NCBI GenBank assembly: GCA_003647095.1
Contig: QMME01000001.1
Coordinates: forward strand, 1 to 47,128
Reading direction: 5' to 3'
Origin: Deltaproteobacteria bacterium
GTDB lineage: Bacteria > Myxococcota > B64-G9
Length of the DNA stretch: 47,128 bases
Each line of letters starts with the position of its first letter. Position 1 is the first letter of the stretch. The notes below the pieces were generated by a model. The model worked only from the letters and a program-made list of their open reading frames with translations, did no database searches and had not been told where the DNA came from. The position numbers were made by a program, and so were the translations under genes. Below, in pieces: positions 18,920-27,144 of this stretch.

Positions 18920-21661
18920 CTAGGGTGTGAGCTGCTGCAACATCTGCAAGATCTCCACCCGCGCCTCGTCGGCGACGGTTCGGTCGAGTGCATCCTGCCA
19001 GTAGATGGAAGTGTCCGGCGGCGGCAGGACTCGGTCCGGCAGGTTCTCCAGGAGGTCCCGGGCCTGTTGAATCACGGCCGGGTCGATGCCGTTGCCCGGT
19101 GCCTGCAGGACGGCCTGTTGCAACAGGTAGAGGTACTCGTAGTCCTCCACCCCCTCGCGGATGGCCTCCATGTGCTTGGCGTCGGTGATCGACGTCTCGT
19201 CCAGGAAGGCAGGCGAGAAGGCCCGGGCACTCATCAGGGCATACTCGTTCCAGGAAGACACGCCGCCGTTGTCGCTGAAGGCCCAGAAGTACATGGCGGT
19301 GGCACCGTGTTGCCATGCGGTCCACGCTTGCAAGCGCAGGTAATAGTACGGATCGAGCAGGCGCAAGGGACCGGAGCAGGAGTAGAACTCGAGGGTCGTT
19401 CCCGCGGCCAGGCGGTCGGCGAAGTACTGCGCGTAGGCGGGGCCGCCGGCGAGGAACATCTGCCGGTTGGGACAGAGGACGTCGCAGGCGGCGATCATCG
19501 CCGGATCGGCATCCTGCATGTCCCGGTAGGTGGGATCTTCCCATACCAGTATGCCGGCCCCCGAGGCGTGAACGGCCTCGGCCCAGGCCAGGATGGTCGC
19601 GTCCTGGTCGGCCTGGTGGGGCTCGTCGACCAGCAGCAAGGCCAGCCGGGAGGGCTCCAGCCCCTTGGCCCGCAGGTGATCCGCCCAGAACGACATCCAT
19701 TGTCCCACGGCCGTGTCGAACTCCGCCGTGCCGGCGGCGTGGCCCGCGAAAGAATCGCCCACAGCCAGAAAGACGCTGTAGCGGTCGGCGCCGGGCCACA
19801 TCTGCAGCCACCGGTCGAACTCGGAGGTGTCGGGATCGCCGATCAGCCGGCCCGTGGCATCGAATTCCCCGCGGGGCATGACGCTGCTGGTGGCCCAGGG
19901 TCGATCCACGAAATGCTCCACCAGGTGTGCGATCACCGCCGGCCGGTTCTGCTCGGTGATGCCACGCGAGGGAACTCGATTGGTATAGTCCCAGCCCCCC
20001 AGGTGCAGGTGCGGCCGGGAGGGAAGAGAGAAGGGATACAGCTGTACGCGCAGCGGAATCGAGCGCGATTGTCGACCGTCATCGAGGAGCATCTCTCCCT
20101 GGTAACGTTCCGCCGGAAGGTCTTCCAGGTGGAAGGTGAGCCACACCTGGCGCGTCATTCCGGACGGAATCTCGATGACCCAGTGGTCATCCTCCCGGCG
20201 GGCGGCAGGGAGGGCCGACGCTACCGGGGTTCCACCAACCGTGTCGGTCCAGGCAACCTCGCTGACGGAAATTCCTGCCAGCATTTCCTCCGGCAACCCC
20301 TCCATTCGCAGGATCAGCCGCCGGGCGCGGGGAGCCGCGTTGGTAATGTTCAGCTGGGCGGAGCGGTATTCGTTGCGCATCAGGTCCACCGCGATGGCTG
20401 CCGCGGGCTGCCCCGGGGGATCGGCCAGGTGGTCCAGAAAATCCCAGGTGGGCGACTGCCAGACGACGAGTTCCGGCATTCCCTGGATGCGCCACAACCT
20501 CGCCTGGACCGAAAAGATCCGCCGGTGGACGGCGTCGAGGGGAAGCACCGCCCGGAAGTCATCACCGGGCCTGAACTCCCGGATCAGCTGCCAGGCCGAG
20601 TCCCACTCGCACAGGATCTCGTCGCGCACTTCCTGGCTGACGGGCAAACCTTCGGCTTTCTCCAGGATGGCGTGCATGTCGGACAGGTAACGACGCACGG
20701 CTCCCTGGCGGACCGCTTCCGCCCGTATGGCGCTGGCGAAGTCGTCCACCACGTCGCCGCTGATGGGCTCGTCCAGCCAGGCCGGCTCACCGGCGAAGAC
20801 CTCGATCTCGTCCACGAAGATGTAGGGGCTCGAGACCACGGCCAGGGCCAGGTACCTGCCGTGAGTGTGCAGCTCGTCGGTCCAGAACTTGTGAACGGCA
20901 TAGCCTTCCGCCGGGGGAACCTGGTGGCGCCGGTGCCAGGTCACCAGGTCTCCGGCCAGGTGAAACACCTCGTCGGGACCGGCGACGAAGACCAGGATAG
21001 CCGTCGGCCAGGACACCCCGGCCGTTCCCGCCGCCGTGTTGTAGGACAGGCCCCTGATGGGGCGATCGGCACCGAGGTCGATGGTTATCAGGGGCGTCTT
21101 TCTGCTCCAGCCCACCGTAGAGGACTGTGTCCAGAAGTATCCCGACGTGTACTGTCCATCGGTCAGCTGGGTGGCATCGCCGGGATCCGTGCAGTAGCCG
21201 TAGTTGGGGGCCGGGTCCAGGGTATAGCTCGCTCCCCGGGCGATGTTCGTCTGGGGGGGCAAGTCACGCGGTTCCACCAAATCGGGCGGCCACAGGCCCG
21301 TGGTGCGACACCGGCATCCGCCCGCTCCATCGCCGCTGTATGGTTCCGGGCACTCCCCGCACTGAGGTCCGCCGGGTGTATCGGTGCAGGTCACCAGGGG
21401 ATCGCAACCACCGTTGTCCGTGCTACAATCGACCACCCCGCCCTCGTCACCGGCTTCGTCTCCGGCTTCTCCCCCACCGCCTTCCCCCCCGCCGTCGTCT
21501 CCGTCACCGTACCCGTCGACAGCGACACCATCACCGGCATCGGCGTCCCCGGCGTCACCACCGTCTATGTGGCCCGACCGGCAACCCGGAAACAAGATGA
21601 CCGCCAGGAACAGCACGCCGGCAACCACCGGGATCACGACCGCTCTCGAGGGGATATTCAT
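18920..21661 (-). CDS. Large lipoprotein: acidic linker, EGF-like Cys-rich module, discoidin-like and DUF4091-like regions
   Basis: 913 aa. Lipobox LFPGC. D/G/E linker. DCSTDNGGCDPLVTCTDTPGGPQCGECPEPYSGDGAGGCRC. The C-terminal two-thirds resembles glycoside-hydrolase-like DUF4091 proteins, but that domain call is tentative. Confidence 0.7.
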   Translation of the reverse strand: MNIPSRAVVIPVVAGVLFLAVILFPGCRSGHIDGGDAGDADAGDGVAVDGYGDGDDGGGEGGGGEAGDEAGDEGGVVDCSTDNGGCDPLVTCTDTPGGPQCGECPEPYSGDGAGGCRCRTTGLWPPDLVEPRDLPPQTNIARGASYTLDPAPNYGYCTDPGDATQLTDGQYTSGYFWTQSSTVGWSRKTPLITIDLGADRPIRGLSYNTAAGTAGVSWPTAILVFVAGPDEVFHLAGDLVTWHRRHQVPPAEGYAVHKFWTDELHTHGRYLALAVVSSPYIFVDEIEVFAGEPAWLDEPISGDVVDDFASAIRAEAVRQGAVRRYLSDMHAILEKAEGLPVSQEVRDEILCEWDSAWQLIREFRPGDDFRAVLPLDAVHRRIFSVQARLWRIQGMPELVVWQSPTWDFLDHLADPPGQPAAAIAVDLMRNEYRSAQLNITNAAPRARRLILRMEGLPEEMLAGISVSEVAWTDTVGGTPVASALPAARREDDHWVIEIPSGMTRQVWLTFHLEDLPAERYQGEMLLDDGRQSRSIPLRVQLYPFSLPSRPHLHLGGWDYTNRVPSRGITEQNRPAVIAHLVEHFVDRPWATSSVMPRGEFDATGRLIGDPDTSEFDRWLQMWPGADRYSVFLAVGDSFAGHAAGTAEFDTAVGQWMSFWADHLRAKGLEPSRLALLLVDEPHQADQDATILAWAEAVHASGAGILVWEDPTYRDMQDADPAMIAACDVLCPNRQMFLAGGPAYAQYFADRLAAGTTLEFYSCSGPLRLLDPYYYLRLQAWTAWQHGATAMYFWAFSDNGGVSSWNEYALMSARAFSPAFLDETSITDAKHMEAIREGVEDYEYLYLLQQAVLQAPGNGIDPAVIQQARDLLENLPDRVLPPPDTSIYWQDALDRTVADEARVEILQMLQQLTP

Positions 21662-21834
21662 GCAACCACTCCTTGCTTCCGGGGAAGCGTTCGCCCGGCC
21701 AGACCGTGTTTTTCATGATGCGGCATCAGCGGTGGGCTGTCAATCACACCCCGGGCGGAAACGGCGGGAGGAACGACACCACGTCTTCCGCGCGGGTGGT
21801 TGCCAGCGGCGGCGGCCGGGGGCAGAATCGGGGC

Positions 21835-22779
21835 ATGATCATCTCGGCCAGCCGGCGTACCGACATTCCCGCTTTCTACAGCGACTGGCTGCGGGAGCGC
21901 CTGCGCCGGGGCTTCTGCCTGGTACCCAATCCCTTCAACCCCCGCCAGGTGGCCCGGGTGTCGCTGCGCCCGGCGGACGTCGACGCCCTGGTGCTGTGGT
22001 CGAAAAACCCCCGGCCCCTGCTCGACCACCTCGAGGAGCTGGTCGCTCCCGGCTACCCCTGCTACTTCCAGTTCACCCTCAACGACTACCCGCGCTGGCT
22101 GGAGCCGGGCGTGCCGGCGCTGGCCGAGCGCCTGGAGACCTTCCGGCGGCTCGCCCGGCACCTGGGACCGGAACGGGTGGTGTGGCGCTACGACCCCCTG
22201 GTCTTCACCAGCGTCACCACCCACGCCTACCACCGCCAGGCCTTCCGGCGCCTGGTCGATGCCCTGGCCGGGCACAGCCGCCGGGTGGTGGTGAGCATCG
22301 TCGATTTCTACCGCAAGACGGAAAGGCGCCTGGGACAGCTCGCCGGCCAGGGCATCGGCGTGGAACGCCGGCCCCGGGACAACCCGCTGACCTGGGAGCT
22401 ACTCGAGGAGATGCGCGTCCTGGCCGCCGGTCGCGACCTGGAGATGTTCTCCTGTGCCGACGATCTTTCCCGTGCCGGCATACCGGCCGGTGCCTGCATC
22501 GACGCCGAGCTGCTCGGCCGTCTGGGCCGGCAGGTGTCCGCCCGCAAGGATCCCGGCCAGCGTCCTACCTGCCGCTGTGCCGTCAGCCGCGACATCGGCA
22601 TGACCGACACCTGCCGGCACGGTTGTCGCTACTGCTACGCCACCCGGGACCCGGCCCTGGCCGCCCGGCGGCACTCCCAGCACCGCCCCCGGGCGCCGGT
22701 GCTGTGGCAGGCATCCCCGGCCGGCTGGCCAGCGGCGGCAAGTGATGCTAGATTGGGGGATGAACCGGGAGGGTGGTAA
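21835..22779 (+). CDS. DUF1848 domain protein
   Basis: Internal start MIISASRRTDIPAFYSDW. C-terminal Cys cluster CRCAVSRDIGMTDTCRHGCRYCYA is typical of DUF1848. Confidence 0.75.
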   Translation: MIISASRRTDIPAFYSDWLRERLRRGFCLVPNPFNPRQVARVSLRPADVDALVLWSKNPRPLLDHLEELVAPGYPCYFQFTLNDYPRWLEPGVPALAERLETFRRLARHLGPERVVWRYDPLVFTSVTTHAYHRQAFRRLVDALAGHSRRVVVSIVDFYRKTERRLGQLAGQGIGVERRPRDNPLTWELLEEMRVLAAGRDLEMFSCADDLSRAGIPAGACIDAELLGRLGRQVSARKDPGQRPTCRCAVSRDIGMTDTCRHGCRYCYATRDPALAARRHSQHRPRAPVLWQASPAGWPAAASDARLGDEPGGW

Positions 22780-23699
22780 TGAGAGTTATTGGCTTGAAGA
22801 TCGCCGTTGCGGCGGCGGGATTGCTGCTGGCCGGCACGACCCCGGCCCAGACGGCCGACCAGCCCGCGGCAACGGGTAAAGAGGAGATCGATGAAGCGCA
22901 GCTGAAAAAGCTGCGCCTGGAGGCCGAGCGGGCCCGCCTGGAAGCCGAGCGGGCCCAGGCCGAGGCCGCCCGCGCCCAGGCCGAGGCCGAACGGGCCCGG
23001 GCCGAAGCCGAACGGGCCCGGGCCGAGGCCGAGCTGCGACGCGCCCGCACGAAAATGCGCCGCCGCCATCGCGCCCGCCGGCGACGGCCGGCTTACCGGC
23101 GCGCTTGGCAGCCCCCGCCTCCCCCCGGCCCCCCACCCGGGGCCTTTACCCACGACGGGTTTTTCCTGCGCCTGGCCCTGGGCCCGGGCTTCGGCGGTTA
23201 TACCAGCAGCGGCCACGTCCTGCTCGAAGGCAGCGGATTGCTGCTGACGGCGCCCGGGGAAAAGAGCATGCTCGGCGGCGGCTCCATCTCCCTGGGAGGC
23301 AGCGTCGGGGGCGGATTCATCATTCACGGAGACCTGTGGGGCACGGTACAGATGGGAGATTCGCGCTACGACAGCCTGCAGCAGGTGTCACTGGGCGTGG
23401 TGGGGGTCGGGGTCACCTATTACTTTATGCCCGCCAACATCTACCTGACCGGCTCACTGGGTTTCGCCACCACCCAGGCCCAGGGAGGGTACGACGACTA
23501 CTACTTCTACTCCCATGACGTCAACCAGCACCTGGGCAGCGGGGTGGCCGTGTCCGTCGGCTGCGGAAAGGAGTGGTGGGTGTCGGCCAACTGGGGGGTG
23601 GGAATGTCACTGACCGGCCACTTCGCCTACAGCGAGGGCGACGACTTCATCCTGCGCCAGGGTGGCTTGCAACTGCTGTTCAGCGCCACTTTCAACTGA
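22779..23699 (+). CDS. Outer-membrane beta-barrel protein with N-terminal EAERA coiled coil and Arg/Pro-rich spacer
   Basis: The ATG at 22779 overlaps the previous TAA (TAATG). Signal peptide MRVIGLKIAVAAAGLLLAGTTPAQT. (EAERARA)n repeat, RRRHRARRRRP..PPPPPGPPPG, then Gly/aromatic beta strands ending LLFSATFN. Confidence 0.65.
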   Translation: MRVIGLKIAVAAAGLLLAGTTPAQTADQPAATGKEEIDEAQLKKLRLEAERARLEAERAQAEAARAQAEAERARAEAERARAEAELRRARTKMRRRHRARRRRPAYRRAWQPPPPPGPPPGAFTHDGFFLRLALGPGFGGYTSSGHVLLEGSGLLLTAPGEKSMLGGGSISLGGSVGGGFIIHGDLWGTVQMGDSRYDSLQQVSLGVVGVGVTYYFMPANIYLTGSLGFATTQAQGGYDDYYFYSHDVNQHLGSGVAVSVGCGKEWWVSANWGVGMSLTGHFAYSEGDDFILRQGGLQLLFSATFN

Positions 23700-23728
23700 T
23701 TACGCAGGCGGCGGGCGGCGCGGCCGCT

Positions 23729-24835
23729 TCAGGGTGCCGGGCCGTTGACCTGGAGATCGAGCAGCTCGGCCTCGAAATAAGCATACTCGCCCTGCCGGTC
23801 ATGCCACAGGCCCCGTCCCCGGGAGAACAAGCGCCAGGGACCGAACCGGCGATAGGCTTCGACCGGGGTGGACCAGCGCTTGGGCGTGAACCGCCGGCCG
23901 TCGGCCGACGCGGCCAGGCGGTCATCGGAGACGAAGTCCACCAATTCGCAGCGCTCGTTGAAGTGGAGCACCGCGCTGATGGTGTTGGCGCCAACCGTGT
24001 AGCGGCCCCGGACCGAGCGTTCGTCCAGTTCCTCCCAGTTGATGCCGGGGTCGAGCAGCGCCGCCGGCGCCAGCAGACACAGGTCGTTGAACAGGGTCAC
24101 CGTCTCGGCGCGGGTCAGCTCCGGGCCGGAGGCGTCGACCAGGGGGATCGAGGCCAGCAACCTCACTCGCATGATGGCGGCCCCGCCCGAGAAGGCGTGC
24201 AGGACCTCAACCGGCAGGCCGCCGCGGCGCGCCCGCATGAAGAAGAAGCGCGCCGGCTCGGCGACGAAGTTGTACTGCTCCGCGGTGAACTCCATCCAGG
24301 GCTGGTCCGGCCCGCCCCGGATGCGTCCCCGCCAGCGGGCCCGGAAGTGGTGCACCCGCTCCCGGCCTACCACGCCAGCCTGCTCCAGGTAGCAGCGCAG
24401 CGGCCGGGGCAGCGCGGACAGTTCGCCGGCGGCGACCGGTGTCGCGATCGCCGGCCGCGCCAGCCGCCCGCGCACCTGCCGCAGATACTCGGCCCGGAAA
24501 CCCCACGGCCCCAGGGAGGCCAAACCGTAAAGCAGGATCGGCAGCAGCAGCAGGTTGGCGACGGTGCCGAAGCGGGCATCCCGCCAGGTGGAGAATATCA
24601 ATCCCTGGGAGAGCACCACCCCGGCCAACCCCGGCAGCCACCAGGCACGTTGCCCGGCGGCCAGCAGCCCGGCCGCGGCCAGCAGCAGCAGCCCGGCCGC
24701 CATCCAGAGCAGCCCCTGCGGCCGGGAGACGGCCTGGGTGAACTGGGGCAGCCGGCCCGGCGCCAGCGCCTTGGCCAGGCCGAGAAAGTGGATGAGGCCG
24801 TGCAGGGCCAGGAGACCAGCGCAAAGCCACTTCAT
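23729..24835 (-). CDS. Membrane-anchored conserved hypothetical protein (DUF6544-like)
   Basis: Start at MKWLCAGLLALHG behind GGAGAGGAG. About 4 N-terminal TM helices, then a soluble domain (FRARWRGRIRGGPDQPWMEFTAEQYNF..RFFFMRA). The family call is from memory. Confidence 0.65.
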   Translation of the reverse strand: MKWLCAGLLALHGLIHFLGLAKALAPGRLPQFTQAVSRPQGLLWMAAGLLLLAAAGLLAAGQRAWWLPGLAGVVLSQGLIFSTWRDARFGTVANLLLLPILLYGLASLGPWGFRAEYLRQVRGRLARPAIATPVAAGELSALPRPLRCYLEQAGVVGRERVHHFRARWRGRIRGGPDQPWMEFTAEQYNFVAEPARFFFMRARRGGLPVEVLHAFSGGAAIMRVRLLASIPLVDASGPELTRAETVTLFNDLCLLAPAALLDPGINWEELDERSVRGRYTVGANTISAVLHFNERCELVDFVSDDRLAASADGRRFTPKRWSTPVEAYRRFGPWRLFSRGRGLWHDRQGEYAYFEAELLDLQVNGPAP

Positions 24836-24969
24836 GTCATCAACTCCTCTCCGCAAGCGGCGTGGCCGGCACCCGTCAGAGAGCCCGGCGCGCGGGACCG
24901 TCCGTCGCCGGCCCGGACCCCCGACAGTACACCGGCCGCGTCCGCTCTTCAACGCGGCGACACAACCAC

Positions 24970-25133
24970 GGGGACAGGCACGGGAAAAAGTTTTTACGGA
25001 TCAGTCGGTTATTGCACCCGACAGGGATGAACCCCGGGCAACCACTTGATATTGAAGGCGAACCCCGGAAAGACGGGCTTCTCTTCTCTGACATCTCCTT
25101 GAACTACAAGGATTTTCCCGTGGGCCTGTCCCC
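24970..25133. repeat. MITE-like element bounded by about 21-bp imperfect inverted repeats of the GGGGACAGGC family
   Basis: The left end is GGGGACAGGCACGGGAAAAAG (24970-24990). The right end is TTTTCCCGTGGGCCTGTCCCC (25113-25133), whose reverse complement is GGGGACAGGCCCACGGGAAAA. The element is 164 bp and non-coding. Confidence 0.5.
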
Positions 25134-25207
25134 GCCATCGCCCATTTCCGAAGTCGGAAAGACATTGACGGGGAAGGTCACGGTAAATCGGCTCCGAGGG
25201 AAACCAT

Positions 25208-25252
25208 GGGGACAGGCACGGAACCAGGTTTTCCCCCCGCGGGCCTGTCCCC
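25208..25252. repeat. Minimal palindromic copy of the same repeat (both arms, short loop)
   Basis: GGGGACAGGCACGGAACCAGGTTTTCCCCCCGCGGGCCTGTCCCC. The 10-bp perfect arms GGGGACAGGC/GCCTGTCCCC lie at 25208-25217 and 25243-25252. Confidence 0.7.
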
Positions 25253-25422
25253 GCTATCCGCTGGGCGTTCCCGGGGCGGTCTCATGAGAGGAGCGGATGA
25301 CCCCGATGGGTCGCAACCTCAATTCCTTCCCTGCGGCCATGGCAGCTCTCCTTCGCGTGACCGGGCCGGGTCTCGACCCCGGGCCGATCGATGCTTCCGG
25401 GACGCGGCGGGCCGGCCGGCTC

Positions 25423-25971
25423 CTACCCGCGGGAGCCGGCGCTCACGTCCTGCCCCACCAGCCCGAGCAGCTCCCTTCTCACCAGGGCGGTCTTCCTCCT
25501 GACGTCGGAGGACTTGAAGAAACCCGCCGCCACCAGCACCGCCGCCGCCCCGGCCAGGACGAGCGGGGCGCCGGCCAGCGACCGGCCGCCGGAGATCCCC
25601 AGGGCCAGGCCGGCCGCGCAGCAGGCCACGGCCACGGGAACCGACCAGCGGGGCCGCCGCAGCTCGGAGTCGAGATCGCCCAGGTCGGCGTCCATGATCT
25701 GGCCGAGCATCTCCACGTCGCGCACGCCGTTCCGGTAGGCCTCCAGGAACGACAGCGCCGCTCGTCCCGCCGGGGCGTGGGGAATGAACCGGGCCAGCCT
25801 CGTGGCCCGGTCGATGTTGTCGGCCCGCACCAGCTTCTTCACCTGGGAGATGAACGCCTCCGCGTTCAGATCCAGCAGGAAGGCCAGGCGCGCCGGCCGG
25901 ACGGCGGCCGCCAGCACGCCGGCTCCCAGCAACGTGTACACCAGCCACTGCATCGTCTCCACCTCGGGCAT
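25423..25971 (-). CDS. Hypothetical membrane protein
   Basis: Start chosen at MPEVETMQWLVYTLLGAGVL behind GGAGG. There is one N-terminal and about two C-terminal TM helices around a helical soluble segment. Family unknown. Confidence 0.45.
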   Translation of the reverse strand: MPEVETMQWLVYTLLGAGVLAAAVRPARLAFLLDLNAEAFISQVKKLVRADNIDRATRLARFIPHAPAGRAALSFLEAYRNGVRDVEMLGQIMDADLGDLDSELRRPRWSVPVAVACCAAGLALGISGGRSLAGAPLVLAGAAAVLVAAGFFKSSDVRRKTALVRRELLGLVGQDVSAGSRG

Positions 25972-26060
25972 GCCGGCCTCCGGTCGTTCCCTGCAGTCCC
26001 CGTGTGTCCGGGTTCCACTATCCGACAGCACCGCCGAGGTTTCAACCGGGCGCGACACCC

Positions 26061-26071
26061 GGCCTGTCCCC
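26061..26071. repeat. Partial copy of the repeat arm (GGCCTGTCCCC)
   Basis: Lies in the 120-bp gap between the two minus-strand membrane-protein genes. Confidence 0.4.
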
Positions 26072-26091
26072 GGCCGCGGCCGCGTAGCCGG

Positions 26092-26277
26092 TCAGCTCCC
26101 CGACCGTCCCTTCATGACGGCCGCGCCCACGAAGAAGCCCGACGCCAGCACGGCCAGCGAGATGGCGCCGGCGAGCTCGGGCGAGACGTTGTTCGGCGAC
26201 ACCGCGCAGAAGAACAGGGAGAGCCCCCCGCAGATGACGCCGAGAACACCGTAGACACCGCTCGTGAACATCTCCAT
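26092..26277 (-). CDS. Small (61 aa) two-TM membrane protein
   Basis: MEMFTSGVYGVLGVICGGLSLFFCAV...FFVGAAVMKGRSGS. A strong GGAAGGAG sits immediately upstream of the ATG at 26277. The track ORF is extended upstream to 26445. Confidence 0.45.
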   Translation of the reverse strand: MEMFTSGVYGVLGVICGGLSLFFCAVSPNNVSPELAGAISLAVLASGFFVGAAVMKGRSGS

Positions 26278-26447
26278 CTCCTTCCCGGCCGGCGCTGCCG
26301 CCGCCCGCGTGGTGATCCGTCGTGACAGTGCAATACGATGTGCGGCCATTCTTCTCAAGAGATTTTCCCGGCCGCCGGTGCGGGTGCGGCGCTGGCCTCT
26401 CCCCTTCCCCCTTCTCTCCGCAGGCGCAAGGTGGTACCGTGGCACCC

Positions 26448-26945
26448 ATGTCCGGGCGAATCATCCAGGTCCTGGTCCTGCCGGCCCTGCTGGCCTGCCT
26501 CTCCTGCGATCGCTGCGGGGAGCAGACCCCGGACGAGGAGCTGATCACCAGGCTCGTCGACCGGGCGGTGGAGCTGGCCGAGAAGCATGACATCGGCGGG
26601 CTGATGGACCTTGCCAGCTCGGATTTCCTGGCCCGGCCGGGCAACCACGACGGCCGCGAGACCAGGCGGCTGCTTTTTCTCATCTTCCGGCGCTACCGCA
26701 GCATCGAGATCCTCCATCCCCGCCCGCGGGTGGAGCTGGACCCCTCCGGCGAGCGGGCCACGGCGCGGGTGGTGTTTCTCATGCTGCGCCGGGGCCAGGA
26801 GCGCCCCGACCTCGAGGGGCTGGGCGACGACCTGGACAGGTGGGTGGAGCGGGCGGCCGACTTCGCGCGGCTGTACCGGCTGGACCTGGACCTGGTGAAG
26901 ATCGACGGCGACTGGCTGGTGCAGCAGGCGCGGCTGGAAAGGTAA
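26448..26945 (+). CDS. Lipoprotein of unknown function (possibly NTF2-like fold)
   Basis: Start at MSGRIIQVLVLPALLACLSC (lipobox LLAC). The C-terminal 65 aa are identical to the C-terminus of the 30820..31125 product. Confidence 0.6.
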   Translation: MSGRIIQVLVLPALLACLSCDRCGEQTPDEELITRLVDRAVELAEKHDIGGLMDLASSDFLARPGNHDGRETRRLLFLIFRRYRSIEILHPRPRVELDPSGERATARVVFLMLRRGQERPDLEGLGDDLDRWVERAADFARLYRLDLDLVKIDGDWLVQQARLER

Positions 26946-26947
26946 CC
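26746..26947 (+). repeat. Copy A of a 202-bp direct repeat (96% identical to 30926..31127)
   Basis: Base-by-base comparison finds 8 mismatches, at 26762, 26777, 26810, 26828, 26831, 26921, 26939 and 26942. All are third codon positions and synonymous. Confidence 0.95.
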
Positions 26948-26992
26948 ACGGGCAACCACGGTTGGGGGCAACCACGGTTTCGGGCAACCACG
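26941..26992. repeat. Short tandem array of G(C/T)AACCACGG (4 copies; spacing 10, 16, 16 nt)
   Basis: GTAACCACGG GCAACCACGG ttgggg GCAACCACGG tttcgg GCAACCACGG. The last copy pairs with GTTGC at 26996-27000. CAACCAC also flanks the MITE-like element (24964) and occurs inside it (25038). Confidence 0.8.
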
Positions 26993-27048
26993 GGGGGTTG
27001 CCCCTACGGCATCGTCGCACGACACGTCGGCGTTCGTAGGGGCGGGCC

Positions 27049-27070
27049 CCCGTGCCCGCCCTGAAACAGG
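27049..27070 (+). terminator. GC-rich hairpin between the lipoprotein gene and the arsR promoter
   Basis: GGGCGGGC (27049-27056), loop CCCCGT, GCCCGCCC (27063-27070). There is no U-tract, so an intrinsic terminator role is uncertain. Confidence 0.3.
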
Positions 27071-27086
27071 CACCCGGGGCAGGACA

Positions 27087-27115
27087 GTTGCAATTAACCG
27101 CGTAACCGGGTATAT
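27087..27115 (+). promoter_or_regulatory. Candidate arsR-acr3 promoter/operator
   Basis: TTGCAA (27087-27092), 17 nt spacer, TATATG (27110-27115). TTGCA...TGCAA inverted ends bracket the promoter. AAGGAGG precedes the ATG at 27145. Confidence 0.45.
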
Positions 27116-27144
27116 GCAAACACCGAAAGGAGGACGAAGCCACC

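Noticed and set aside
24950-27100. A possible CRISPR array, suggested by the repeated GGGGACAGGC and GCAACCACGG units and an ATTGAAG-like string
   Set aside because: There is no regular repeat-spacer periodicity. The repeats are inverted as well as direct, the units are only 10-21 nt, and no cas genes are present.
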